Of a stretch of 64,000 bases of DNA, positions 41,313 through 53,045 are shown piece by piece. This DNA is from Octopus vulgaris (taxonomy: Eukaryota), in contig OX597833.1 in NCBI GenBank assembly GCA_951406725.2, positions 3,968,001-4,032,000 on the forward strand, written 5' to 3'. The notes under the pieces are model-generated. The model did not search any database and was not told where the DNA came from. It saw only the letters and a program-made list of their open reading frames with translations. The translations under genes and the position numbers were made by a program. How positions within the stretch are numbered: position 1 is the stretch's first letter; the number at the start of each line of letters is the position of its first letter.

Positions 41313-43367
41313 TTTCATGATGATGATGATGATGATGATGATGAAAATTGTTATCACTGAAGCAAAGCAATACTCTCTCACACACACACACACATAAAGA
41401 TACATTTATCCATAGACAGGAATAACTATTCGCAAATCAACAGAAATGAAATGAAAAATAATTAAACGAAGATCCTTATTATATTTGCTGACAGACATTT
41501 GTGGTTTTGTTACAAAAATAATTCTTCACAAACATTTGGGTTTCTAATGCCTTTTTTTTTGTCTTTTTTTTTTCCGCATTTTTTGTCACCACACACCAAA
41601 GCATTTCTACAGATGTCGAAACAGAAAGAAAAAAAACAATCGAAAAACAAAACAAAAGAAAAAAAAGAAAATGATATTTAAACAGGAATCCAAAAATATT
41701 AGTGGACAAAGGGATAAATTTTTTTTCTTCTTTGTATGTTTGTTTGTTTGTTTTGCTATTTTTTTTGCAATTTAAAGTAATTAATCGATTTCTATAAAAA
41801 AAAAACAACTTTGGATTTGATTGGCTTCAAAGACAAGAAGGGACAACATAAAAGGAAAGGGTATGATAGGGGGTTTGAAAGAAAAACCAAAAAATAACAC
41901 CTTGGCTTCCAACAACAACAAAAAAAAATGATTCAAAATGTATGAAATGAAAGATGACAATGTGAACAGAAAGAAAGTTAATCGGCCTCTGTAATCATTT
42001 ACAGATTGTTCTTCTGGTTGTTATTGTTCGTTATGTTTCACATCAATTAGTAATAATGATAATTTACAAGCTAACCCAAGGCTTCACATTAATTAGTAGT
42101 GAAATAAAAGGTTAAATTCTATCAAGCTTTGACTTCCTCAAGAAGTGGTATGAATGACCCCTCAGCAAGATGATGCCAAAACCCTAGTCGCAAATTTGGT
42201 TTCCAACTTGGACTTCACCAGAGTATAATCTAGTATCCCTGGTGCTGTTTGCTGCGTGGTAGTTCCAAAATGGTGATTCCTTATCAAACTGCGAAACCAC
42301 CAAGTGTGAAATTGGACAAAATAAGTTGTTCCTTTTCCGGGAAGTTAAAAAAAAACAAAAAATGAAGTGTCTTGCCAAAGGTTGGTTTTGTGACTTAATT
42401 TCTGCAGCAGGACAGGACCCTGAAAACGTGACAGAACAAATAAAAGTGTTGTATTTATTGGGGGTGCCAGTCTTGTACCTTTTCTTCCCAGCCAAGCTTT
42501 ATCTGAAAGGGGTCAAGTATAATAATAATAAAAAAAAAAAATAGGGGGTCGGGTTTAGAAAATATTACTTACAAAAGACAACTGATGGGAAAGAATATTA
42601 AATTTGTTTGCAGGGTGAGACGATAGGGTTAGCATCAGTGAGGTCACAATCCAAAGACAGGGTTTAGATAAGGAAATCATAGTGAAAGGGTGGAAACAAA
42701 CAGGGCAGTCATAATACTGGTTTTTGGTATTAGATGGGATAGTCACTGTATAGGACTATGATCTGGTGGTAAGGTTAGGGCACAGGGTTAGGGTCAGATG
42801 GTGAAATGAGGACATAGGTTTAGGGTCAGACGTTGAGGTCAAGACAGAAGGTTAAAGTGCAAGATCTGAGTCTGGATTTAAGAGCAATGACACGGCTGGA
42901 TGCCTGTCTTAGGATGAAAGCAGAGACCAGGTCGTGGTGCAGGTTTTGATCATGGGAGTGCTGCTTCTGAGGGAGACAGCACTGTCTTGAGGGGAAGGAC
43001 ACAGAATGAGAGAAAGAGAGAGAAAGGAGAGGGAGGGAGTGAGGGTCATGTTTTCCGATGAAGAGAAAGAGAAGTTTTGTTTTGTTTTTTTCAGTGTCAA
43101 AGAGTAGAGATATATTTCAAGGGAGAAAACCGATTCTGGAGGTGGACATATGCCTGATAGAAACCAACTGGCTTTCATAAATACATAGATTTTGCATTTA
43201 TATGTGACAGTTTGTTCTTTTTTTTTGCCTGTTTTTTTCTGGGTTTTTTTTTTTGTTTGTTTGTTAGTTTTGAGTGTAGAGTAGTTAAGATGGAGTGAGA
43301 GTGAAAGTGGAGTGATAGTGGAGTTGAGTGTTGTTTCGAAAGTGCATGTTACGAAACAACAGAAAAA

Positions 43368-44869
43368 TTAACTGACGGGGTTCGGAAATAAGTGGTAGTT
43401 CCTTTTTAATTTTTCACAGGTCTTGCATATCCACTGCTTCTGCTCGTCAGCGAGTTTATTGGGGTCGTGATCCGGGATCAGCGAACCAGGAAATGGTGAA
43501 AATCGACTCAGTTGGTCTCTGGGCAATGGTCTTTCACACGAAATACACATATAGCCCAAACTCTGCTTGGAATACATTTGCATCCCAGCGTCAGCAGATT
43601 TTCCATAGTTAACAACAGAAGAAGAAAATGCAGAACTAGAAGATTCAACCTCTTTTTTCCGATGACCATGGTCAGTTTTTTTCCTAACGTCTGGCACCGA
43701 TTTCAGATAAGAGCAGTTTCCATCGCGGTCAATATTACTGCCAGGAACCCCGTGGTACGGATTCATGTAGGAGAAGTTTGACATTCGGTTTTGCTCAGGG
43801 ATTATACAGGGGAAGTTTATATCTCTGTCATTGAGGTTGCGACTTTGGTTTTGGTTGAAGAATGGATGGATCACGCCACCGGCTTTGTCGTTTGGGTCTT
43901 TGTTCTGCGACTGAACGCCATAAGGAAACATAGATGCCCTATCAGCTGAAGGGACCTCAGTCTGATAGGGATTCAGGCAGAACGATCCCGCTGCCATTCC
44001 GCTGCTGCCCCCTGATGTTGTCGCTCCACCGCCGCCGCCACCACCAGTTGCTGCTGCCGTTGCCGCAGAGACATCCGCACCGGCCCCTGCACCAGTTACT
44101 CCACGGTCGGCAGGGAGATTTTTGTTTTGTTCCTGATCCATGCAAGGGAAGACCGGGCCCTTGTCATGCGTGTCTTTGTTAGGGATCAACGTCATACCTG
44201 GAAACACTGGTCCCCCTAAACCAGCCCTGTCCAGTTCGTTCTTGTCAGCAATCTGATCCATACACGGGAACACGCTTCCCCTTTCAGGAACAATTTTGTT
44301 TACTTGATTTCGGTTCATAAACACGCTGTCTCGATCCGACATTGTCTTGCCATGGTTTTCCGATGACATGTTCGACTTGGAGTAAAGGTAGTCCGATTGC
44401 CTGTTCGTCACTGCCTTTTGGTTTGAGCCGACGTATGCAAAATCAGGAGACTGCTCCTCATTAGGATTCGGTTTCGGGGTCTGCAGACGGTCGTCTTTAC
44501 TTTTCATTTGATCAATGCAGAAACTGTCTACATTTCCATCTGGGCCGCAGGTGTCTGTGTAGCGTAGCAGAGAATCTTGTTCAACCATAGTTGACCCTTT
44601 ACCACGGGGTTTTTGTCCCGTCTTCATCATTTGTACCATAATGCGCTTTCTCTCCACACGCATCTTGGAATTCATTCGCATGCGTTCCAACCGTTTCTGG
44701 CGCTCGTCAAGTGACTCAGTCTCTAAGCGACGCCTTTGGTACTGTCGCATCTGTTCCAGTCTTTTTTCACGAGGATTTATGCAGCCACCACTAAACTGGT
44801 TTCCATTAGATTTCGACCCCTGGTCACAGTTTGGTCCACACATCATGTTACTAGCACATTCATAACAAT
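43368..44869 (-). CDS. Exon 3 (last coding exon) of the Ubl/STPR protein, with two 23-aa repeats and a terminal CxxC-x36-CxxC
   Basis: Acceptor tctatttgcag|AT TGT TAT GAA is in frame with the 492-aa ORF (phase 1); ends YMCISCER...WICKTCEKLKRNYHLFPNPVS*. Confidence 0.85.
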
Positions 44870-45394
44870 CTGCAAATAGATAAAATATACGAGCTTTTAA
44901 TTACAATATAGACATAATTTAAAGTGTGTGTGTGTGTGGGGGAGTCTATATGCATTGATTCTCCAGTCTCTCATCCTCTCTCTGCCTCTATTCACACACA
45001 CGCACCCTCTCCCTCATGCATGTGTGCATGCATCTCACATATGCGTGTATCTTTGTCTCACACACACTCACAAAACTATTCTCTTACATGTATGAGTCTA
45101 CATATATATGTATGTGTGTGTGTGCGCATGTATATATGTATGTATGTATATATGTATGTATATATATATATTTATAGAGAGAGAGAGAGAGAGAGAAAGA
45201 AAGACAGACAGATAGCTATATGTAGATACATGTGTGTGCATATGTATCATGTTTATTCTCCCCATACATACCAGTTAACCAGTATGTAAGAGGGTGGTAT
45301 GTGTGTATAAGTATACACACATACCACCCTCTTACATACTGGTTAACTGGTATGTATGTGCATACATGTGTGTGTGTGTGTGTGTAGATATATA

Positions 45395-47345
45395 CTGTAT
45401 ATTTCCGTGTATAAGACAACCTTTAAATCCTAAAATTTACCCTAAAAATTTGGTGTTGTCTTATACCACCTTTCAAAAAAACCAAACTTTGGGTTTTAAG
45501 TGATTTTATAAGTAAGCTAACCTCACCCTCGGTGCAATAACCACAGACATACGTGAACAGATTAACAAAATAAAAAATAATTATAATACAGGTAATAAAA
45601 ACATTTTTACTTTATATATCATTGGCACATCTTCATAATAAATAGCCTGTTCAAGAGAGAATTCTATATCATTGAAATCAACTTTTATCTATGTAAGCTT
45701 GGCTGAGAAAATGTAAACATCGAGTCATGGTTAAGCTCACAGTAATCTTTATCTTTTGCTAACCTTTCAAAAATATTAATGGTGATGTATAACTGTAGTA
45801 ATAATATTTAGAATAACATATTTAGATTTTTCATAAAATATCTATTATCATTTGGTGGTAAATAATACAATTTGGATTACACACAACCTTTCTTTTCTCC
45901 CATAAAATTATTCTACAGTAGTTGCATTTAAAACATAAGAAATTCGTTCCTATTAAGTTAAATAATATTAATAAAACATCAAACCTGTCAAAATGTATTT
46001 ATCTAAACCCCATCAAATTCCTCATTATCATCACTATCTGTTTCTAAAAGTTCCCTCATACATATCTCAATATTCATCGCATATGGCATCACCATAAGGA
46101 TTCCAGTCTGGTTCTGGTGAATTGACGTCGACTTTGTTGTTGCTATTGTACAGAATATCATCTTCGGTACCATCCATGGCATTAGAGATACCATATTTTA
46201 AAAATGATTTTATCACATTTTCTACTTTCACTTTGTCCCTTGCCTTTATAACAAAATCACAGAGAACATCAAGTGAGGCAGCACGATTAGCCCACCCTTT
46301 TGTAAAAGATATTTCTCCATTCAACCTCCAGTCATTCCATTGCTCTCTCACATTATCTTTAAATGGTTTGTTTAAACTGACGTCAAGTGGTTGCAGTGTA
46401 AAAGTCAAATCACCAGGAATAACAGCAATATCAGAATTGCTTTTGGATAACTGTTCCAAATATTCTCAATCCATAATTTTACACCACTCGACTCCATCCG
46501 CCCTTTCTCGTGAAAATAAACAAAAATGCAAGAGAGAAACCTATTTTGGGCTTTGTCCTATGTTTAATAATAACCACAGGTTTTAATTTTGTACCATCAG
46601 CCATGCAGGATAATACCCCCGTAAACCTTGTTTTCTCATATCTCGCACTTTTAACGCGCACTGTTTTTACCCCTTTCAAATCTACCATTTTGTTACCCAG
46701 CACGTCAAAGTTTAACGGAGTTTCATCCATATTTCCAATATGAGACAATGGAAACTGATCCCTTTTTCTCAGCTGGATGATGAACTGGTGGAAATTGGTT
46801 TCTTTGTGATCGAGATCTCTCAGGAGTTTTGAGGCGATTTTTATTTTCTCCTTTATTACCAGATTTTTTCTGTTCATAAAACGATTGCACCAGCCAACTG
46901 TTGCTTTAAAATCTTGACTTTCTTCTTTATATGATTTAGCTCCTTTTAGAGTATAAGATCTTATTCTATTTCATGTTACAATGTAGCCATCTTGTCCCTG
47001 CTGGAGGACCCATTTTCCTACAGCATTTTTCAACTTCGGCCAACGAGTTCTTCCTCTTCTTATTGTACGTTTTTGTTTTGGCATTTGTCTCAATTTTCCC
47101 TCATTCTTCCTCCACTCTTGGACCATCTTCTCGGCAGCATCGAAAGTTTTAGCAGCAGCTGCTTCTATAACTTCCAATTTGAAACTAGCCTCATATTTTC
47201 TTCTTTTGTCTGGTGGTTGCATATTTCTATGGGTATAAAATAATTATAAAATTCACTTAACTACACAATTTGTGATTTTACTTGAAATATAGGTAAATGA
47301 TTATTAATACACCTGGTTGTTTGTAACTGTTTAGAACATTTCAGT
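45395..47345 (-). mobile_element. Decayed pogo/Tigger (POGK-like) DNA transposon in intron 2 of the STPR gene
   Basis: Brinker-type HTH (RRKYEASFKLEVIEAA), CENP-B HTH remnant, and DDE motifs IGNMDETP, VLSCMADGTKLKP and LQPLDVSLNKPFK; multiple stops and frameshifts; TA|CTGTATATTTCCGTGTATAAGAC terminus at 45395; the other end is approximate. Confidence 0.9.
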
Positions 47346-47520
47346 ATTATGAACCACCATTATCGTATTGAAGTCAAGGCAAGGCAACACAAACATATGC
47401 ACACCAACACACACACACACATACAGGATGGGCTTCTTTCAGTTTCCATCTACCAAGAGAGAAACATCATCACACAGTGGAAGAATTACAATAAGTTCAT
47501 GATATCGTTATACTACTTAC

Positions 47521-48429
47521 CTTCATCAATAGAAGACATTGGTGGTGTAGAAAGACAATCGCATCCTTTTTTCCTCTTTTTGCAGTCTTGCGAGCATTTC
47601 ATGTTGGCATAGCAGCCATCTTTCCCCATATTGCAGTTGTTCATGTAAGAACAATCGGACATGCTGTTGGACATGGATTTATTCTGATCCGAAGAGTAGC
47701 AGCCGAAGCTGTTTCCGTCTCCGTTTGTGGTCACTTGGTTCTGAATCTGGTTGAAAGACGGGAAGACGACTTCTCCGGTGGAGCTCCTGTCCATCACATC
47801 TTTATTGGTACTGAGTGGTTCCATACAAGAGTAAGAGCCAGCCGAAGTTCCGTTCGAGTGGCTTCTGCTCTGGCATTGTCTACCATTCTCTTTCATGCAA
47901 GGAAAATCTCCGTTGCAACATAGATTCTCTTGCTGACATGACTTCCCACACTGGTCCGAGCAACAGGGGCTGTTTTGCATGCTGCTGCAACTTTTGTCGT
48001 TCTGACACATGTAGCCGCAATTTTTATCCATGTTCTTGGAGCTTAATTTCATCGGGAAACTACCACTATCCCGGTTAAGAATCGACTGGTATTGTAATAT
48101 ATTCTCGTTATCTTTCATGCGTCGCATCAGAATTGAAATCGCCTGCGACTTTTTCTTCCCTTTCTGAGTGTTTCCCAATATTTGTGCCACGGCTTTTTTC
48201 CTCTCTTCGCGCCGCCTCGCGTTCTCTCGCATGCGCACCAGCCTTCTCTGTCGTTGCTCGGGGGGTTCGTTTGCCATGCGCTGGTGCTGATACCGCTTCA
48301 TGCGCATCAGTCGCTTTGTGCGCTGTGCATCAGTCTCCGTGTGAAGACGCCTTCGTTGCTTCAGTCTCATTTTCAGCAATTTTCGGTCTTTTGGCGTCAT
48401 CATCTCAGCTGTAGTGTTGTCATAGTAAT
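47521..48429 (-). CDS. Exon 2 of the Ubl/STPR protein (three 23-aa repeats)
   Basis: Acceptor ttgttttgtag|AT and donor GAA G|gtaagt; 909 nt, symmetric phase 1/1; EMMTPKDRKLLKMRLKQRRRLHT / ETDAQRTKRLMRMKRYQHQRMAN / EPPEQRQRRLVRMRENARRREER. Confidence 0.85.
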
Positions 48430-48701
48430 CTACAAAACAAATGACACAACAGAAACAAACGTTAAGAAAATATCTCAGAAGAATAACAAGAATGACAACA
48501 ACAATTCTTACTAATTTTAGCACAAGGCTAGCAGTTCTGATGGGAAAGGGCAGGTTGATCACATCAACCCTAGTACATGACTGGTACTTAAGATCCCTAA
48601 AGGATGAAAGGCAAAACTTGACCTCAGAACTTAATGCCAAAAGAAACACTGTTAAGCATTTTAACCAGCATTCTAATGGTTCAACCAGCACACTGCCTTA
48701 T

Positions 48702-48735
<34 letters not shown>

Positions 48736-48757
48736 GATAATAATAATAATAATAATA

Positions 48758-49222
48758 AAAAGATGGGCTACAGCAAATGTTCTGCTCAATACCACAGATT
48801 TGCTTGTCAGTTGTTTGACTTTAACCAGTTGAGCATGTCCCTCAGTGGCTGACGATATGTGCATCTCTGATCACGAGCAGAAGTAGTGGGGGAGCATCAT
48901 AGCCATGTGTTGAGAGGGATTCTTGGAGGTTTTGATAATTCACCTTTGGAAACATGGGTGTTTCATTCAACATCCTTAAACAATCCTTATTCAGTGACCT
49001 TTTGAGCGGGTTGGGTTACTCGACCAGAAGAAAATTCTAACTGGGCCCCACCTGCAAGGTCATGTGTTGTTAATCTTGATATGAGATCACCATGTCGCGC
49101 ACATATGGTTGTGATGCATGTGCCTGATGTACCCTTATCAGACGAGAAGTCATGATGGGTATACTGGGCTTCGTATATTTTACCCCAGTGTCACTTTGAT
49201 GGCATGCTCTGCTCTCTCACTC
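48758..49222 (+). mobile_element. ~465-bp element, copy 3
   Basis: Colinear with 598-1062; (AAT)n on both sides. Confidence 0.85.
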
Positions 49223-49466
49223 AATAATAATAATAATAATAATAATAATGATCCTTTCTGCTGAAAGCAGAAGGCCTGAAATTTGGGGGAAGGGGACTAG
49301 TCGATTACATCGGCCCAGTGTTTCATTGGTACTAAATTTATTGACCCCGAAAGGTTGAAGGGCAAAGTCGACCTCAGCGGAATTTGAACTCAGAACATGA
49401 AAATGGACAAAATGCCACTAAGCATTTTGCTCAGAGTGCTAAGGATTCTGCCAGCTTGCCACCTTA

Positions 49467-49507
<41 letters not shown>

Positions 49508-49525
49508 TAATAATAATAAATAATA

Positions 49526-49567
<42 letters not shown>

Positions 49568-49723
49568 TAAAAATAAGAATAATGATATCTTTACTACCCA
49601 CAAGGGGCTAAACACAGAGAGGACAAACAAGGACAGACAAACGGATTAAGTCGATTACATCGACCCCAGTGCGTAACTGGTACTTATTTATTCGACCCCG
49701 AAAAGATGAAAGGCAAAGTCGAC

Positions 49724-49798
<75 letters not shown>

Positions 49799-50466
49799 AC
49801 TGGTTCCAAGTTTTGGCACAAGGCCAGCAAGTTTGGGGAGGTGTAAATCATTTACATTGACCCCCAGTACTCATCTGGTACTTATTTTTTATCAACCCCG
49901 AAAAGGATGAAAGGCAAAGTCAACCTCGGTGGAATTTGAACTCAGAACATCCAGACAAGCAAAATGTTGCTAACCATTCTGCCCGGCATCCTAGCCATTC
50001 CGCCAGTTTGCTGCCTTATGGCCTTTTTTAAATATTATTTATTAAAGACATTACAAAGAAATTAAGCTTAAACCAAAGCCGACAAAATCAAAATAAAAAA
50101 AAGATGTTTTTATCAAAATGTTATGAAATAAAAGAAAAGATTCTCAGAGAAAATCAGGAAAATTTGGGTTTCTTATCGTCGTCTTAACCTCTGCTTTTCA
50201 GACAAAGATTGTCGAGGCAGATTTTCTACCCCTAGGTACTCTTCCTGTCATCAACCCATATCTGTTACCAAACATGGCATTATTTTCCCCCAAGTCTTTC
50301 AAACACAAACATCACATTGGCTCAGATGTGTCCCCTTTTCCATAGCAGTGAGGTTAGTTTACAATGTCAAAAACAAGAAGGCACAAACAAACACATATAC
50401 ACACATATACATGCATATACACATAAACACCCACATTATATACTAACATATATACATATACACATA

Positions 50467-50627
50467 GGCGCAGGAGTGGCTGTGTGTATGTAGCTTGTTT
50501 ACCAACCAAATGATTCTGGGTTCATTCCTTCTGCGTGGCACCTTGGGTAAATGTTTTCTACTATAGCCTCGGGCCGACCAAAGCCTTGTGAGTGGATTTG
50601 GTAGACAGAAACTGAAAGAAGCCCATC

Positions 50628-50662
<35 letters not shown>

Positions 50663-50860
50663 TGTGTGTGTTTGTCCCCCTAGCATTGCTTGACAACCGA
50701 TGCTGGTGTGTTTATGTCCCCGTTACTTAGCGGTTCGGCAAAAGAGACCGATAGAATAAGTACTGGGCTTACAAAAGAATAAGTCCCGGGGTCGAGTTGC
50801 TCGATTAAAGGTGGTGCTCCAGCATGGCCGCAGTCAAATGACTGAAACACGTAAAAGAGT
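50467..50860 (+). mobile_element. tRNA-derived SINE family B with internal (TA)n(TG)n (copies at 35824, 56760; inverted at ~22170-22633, ~28080-28483, ~58050-58800)
   Basis: ggcgcaggagtggctgtgtg head; ttgggcaagtgtcttc-like core; gaaactgaaagaagccc; second half ends gcagtcaaatgactgaaac. Confidence 0.8.
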
Positions 50861-52597
50861 AATATACATTGCACACACACACACACATATATATACACAC
50901 TCACACACACATGCACTTAGTCCACTCTACGGGGTGGTTGGTGTTAGGAAGGGCATCCCGCCATAAAGACCCTGCCAAAACAGAATGTGGCCTGCTGTAG
51001 TATTCTATCTGGCCGGCCCCTGTCAAACTGTTCCACCCATGCCAGTATGGAAGGCAGACATTAAACAATGATGATATCATCATTGCCAGCCTTGCCTGGC
51101 CCCCGTGCCAGTGGCATGTAAAAAGCACCATCCGACTGTGGCCGTTTGCCAGCCCCACCTGGCACCTGTGCTGGTGGCACGTAAAAAACACCCACTACAC
51201 TCATGGAGTGGTTGGCGTTAGGAAGGGCATCCAGCTGTAGAAACATTGCCAGGTCAGACTGGGCCTGGTGCAACCTTCTGGCCTCCCAGACCCCAGTTGA
51301 ACCGTCCAACCCATGCTAGCATGGAAAGTGGACACTAAATGATGATGATGATGATTGTTTAACATCAGTTTTCCATGCTGGCATGGGTTGGACAGTTTGA
51401 CTGAGGTCTGGAAAGCCAGCGGCTACACCAGGCTCCAATCTGATCTGCAATGTTTTTACAGCTGGATGCCCTTCCTAATGCCAACAACTCCAAGAGTGGC
51501 ATTAGGAAGTTTTTTAAAAGTTAATTCTGTATTATTTTGTTGCTTTGCGATTTTGAAGATGCACCCTTCGAACATTGGGTGATATGCCACGCTTGAGAAG
51601 ACTCGTCAAGCCAAGTGAAATCATGCTTTATAGTTGATGTCAGTGTTACATAACTGGCACCCGTGGCGAGGGCATGTAAAAAGCACTGTTTGAACATACA
51701 GAATTAACTTCTAAAAAACTGTGAATAAACAGGCAAAGCATTTGACAAAGTAGTCTGAATGCTAAGGGGTTAAACCAGATTATTTCTCTCTGTGAATAAA
51801 AAAAGGTGAAATTAATATCTTTGGAATTAGTAATTTTAACACTTCATGCGACAGTTTACCAGAGCTGGTACAGCTTCACCGGTACCAAAATCTAGTAACC
51901 CAATAACTGAGTCTGACTCCAAACTATGGTTGTGGCTGTAGTTTAGGTGGTCGTGGCTATTTATAAGATAGTAGCTGCTGTAGCTGAGGCATGGTGGTGA
52001 AGATAACTGTAATGGTATAATGTGGTGGTGGTGGTGGTGGTGGTAATATGGTGTGATGGTAATGGGTGCAGTAGAACTGTGGTGGTGATGTTGGCCTTAG
52101 TGTAGTAGTGGTTGTAGTAGTGCTGTGATGGTGGTGGTGTTGGCGGTGGTAGTGTTATGGAGGCTGGGAAAGGTTACTGTAGTTCCACCCACCCCTGTTT
52201 ATTTGTTTATTTATTTATCTATTTATTTATTGTAAAAAGAATCTCTGGGCAGATGGGAAGGAGGGGGAAGGGGAGGAAGCAGGCAGAAGGACGGGGGAGG
52301 GGGAGGAAGCAATCAGGATGCAGCGGCAGTTAATATCTATGTTGCTTAGCAACAGATCAGTCACTCCCCCCCCCCCCACCGCCATCACTGCTCCAATATA
52401 CACAACCACATCCCAATTCAGATATCACACACAAGCACACACACAGATATCCAAACATGTAGATACATGCACACACCTAAACATACGCAAGATATTATCT
52501 ACCTCTGCTAGATAAGAAAATACAGGATTGAGAATACAGGCAGGAGAGAGAGAGAGAGAGAGAGAGAAAAGGGAAGATGGAGAAAGAGATAGAGAGT

Positions 52598-52639
<42 letters not shown>

Positions 52640-53014
52640 AAGGAGTCTGGTAAGAGGAGCATGTATGGAAATACATCAATATATATGCAAATGTGTGTAG
52701 ATAAGCGTATGCATGTATAAGTATATATATGTATGTATGTACATATATATGTGTGTGTGTACATATATATGTGTGTGTGTAGATGAGCATATGTATGCGT
52801 GTGTACGAATGTGTGAGTATATGTATGTATGTATGTATGTACATATATGTGTGTGTATGCGTGTGTAAATGAAAATATGTGTGTATATGTGTGTTTGCAA
52901 ATGAATGTGTGTGTGTGTGTAGATGAGCGTATGAGTGTGTGTATGAATGCGTAAGTATATATATATATATGTATGTACATATGTGTGTGTGTATGTATGA
53001 ATGCGTGAGTATAC

Positions 53015-53045
<31 letters not shown>

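Noticed and set aside
46003-47222. Possible domesticated POGK-like gene
   Set aside because: Several stops and frameshifts plus an internal deletion in the DDE region; it is a fossil.
48430-48691. N-terminal 87 aa of ORF 47513..48691
   Set aside because: Lies upstream of a strong splice acceptor and derives from a SINE fragment; intronic.
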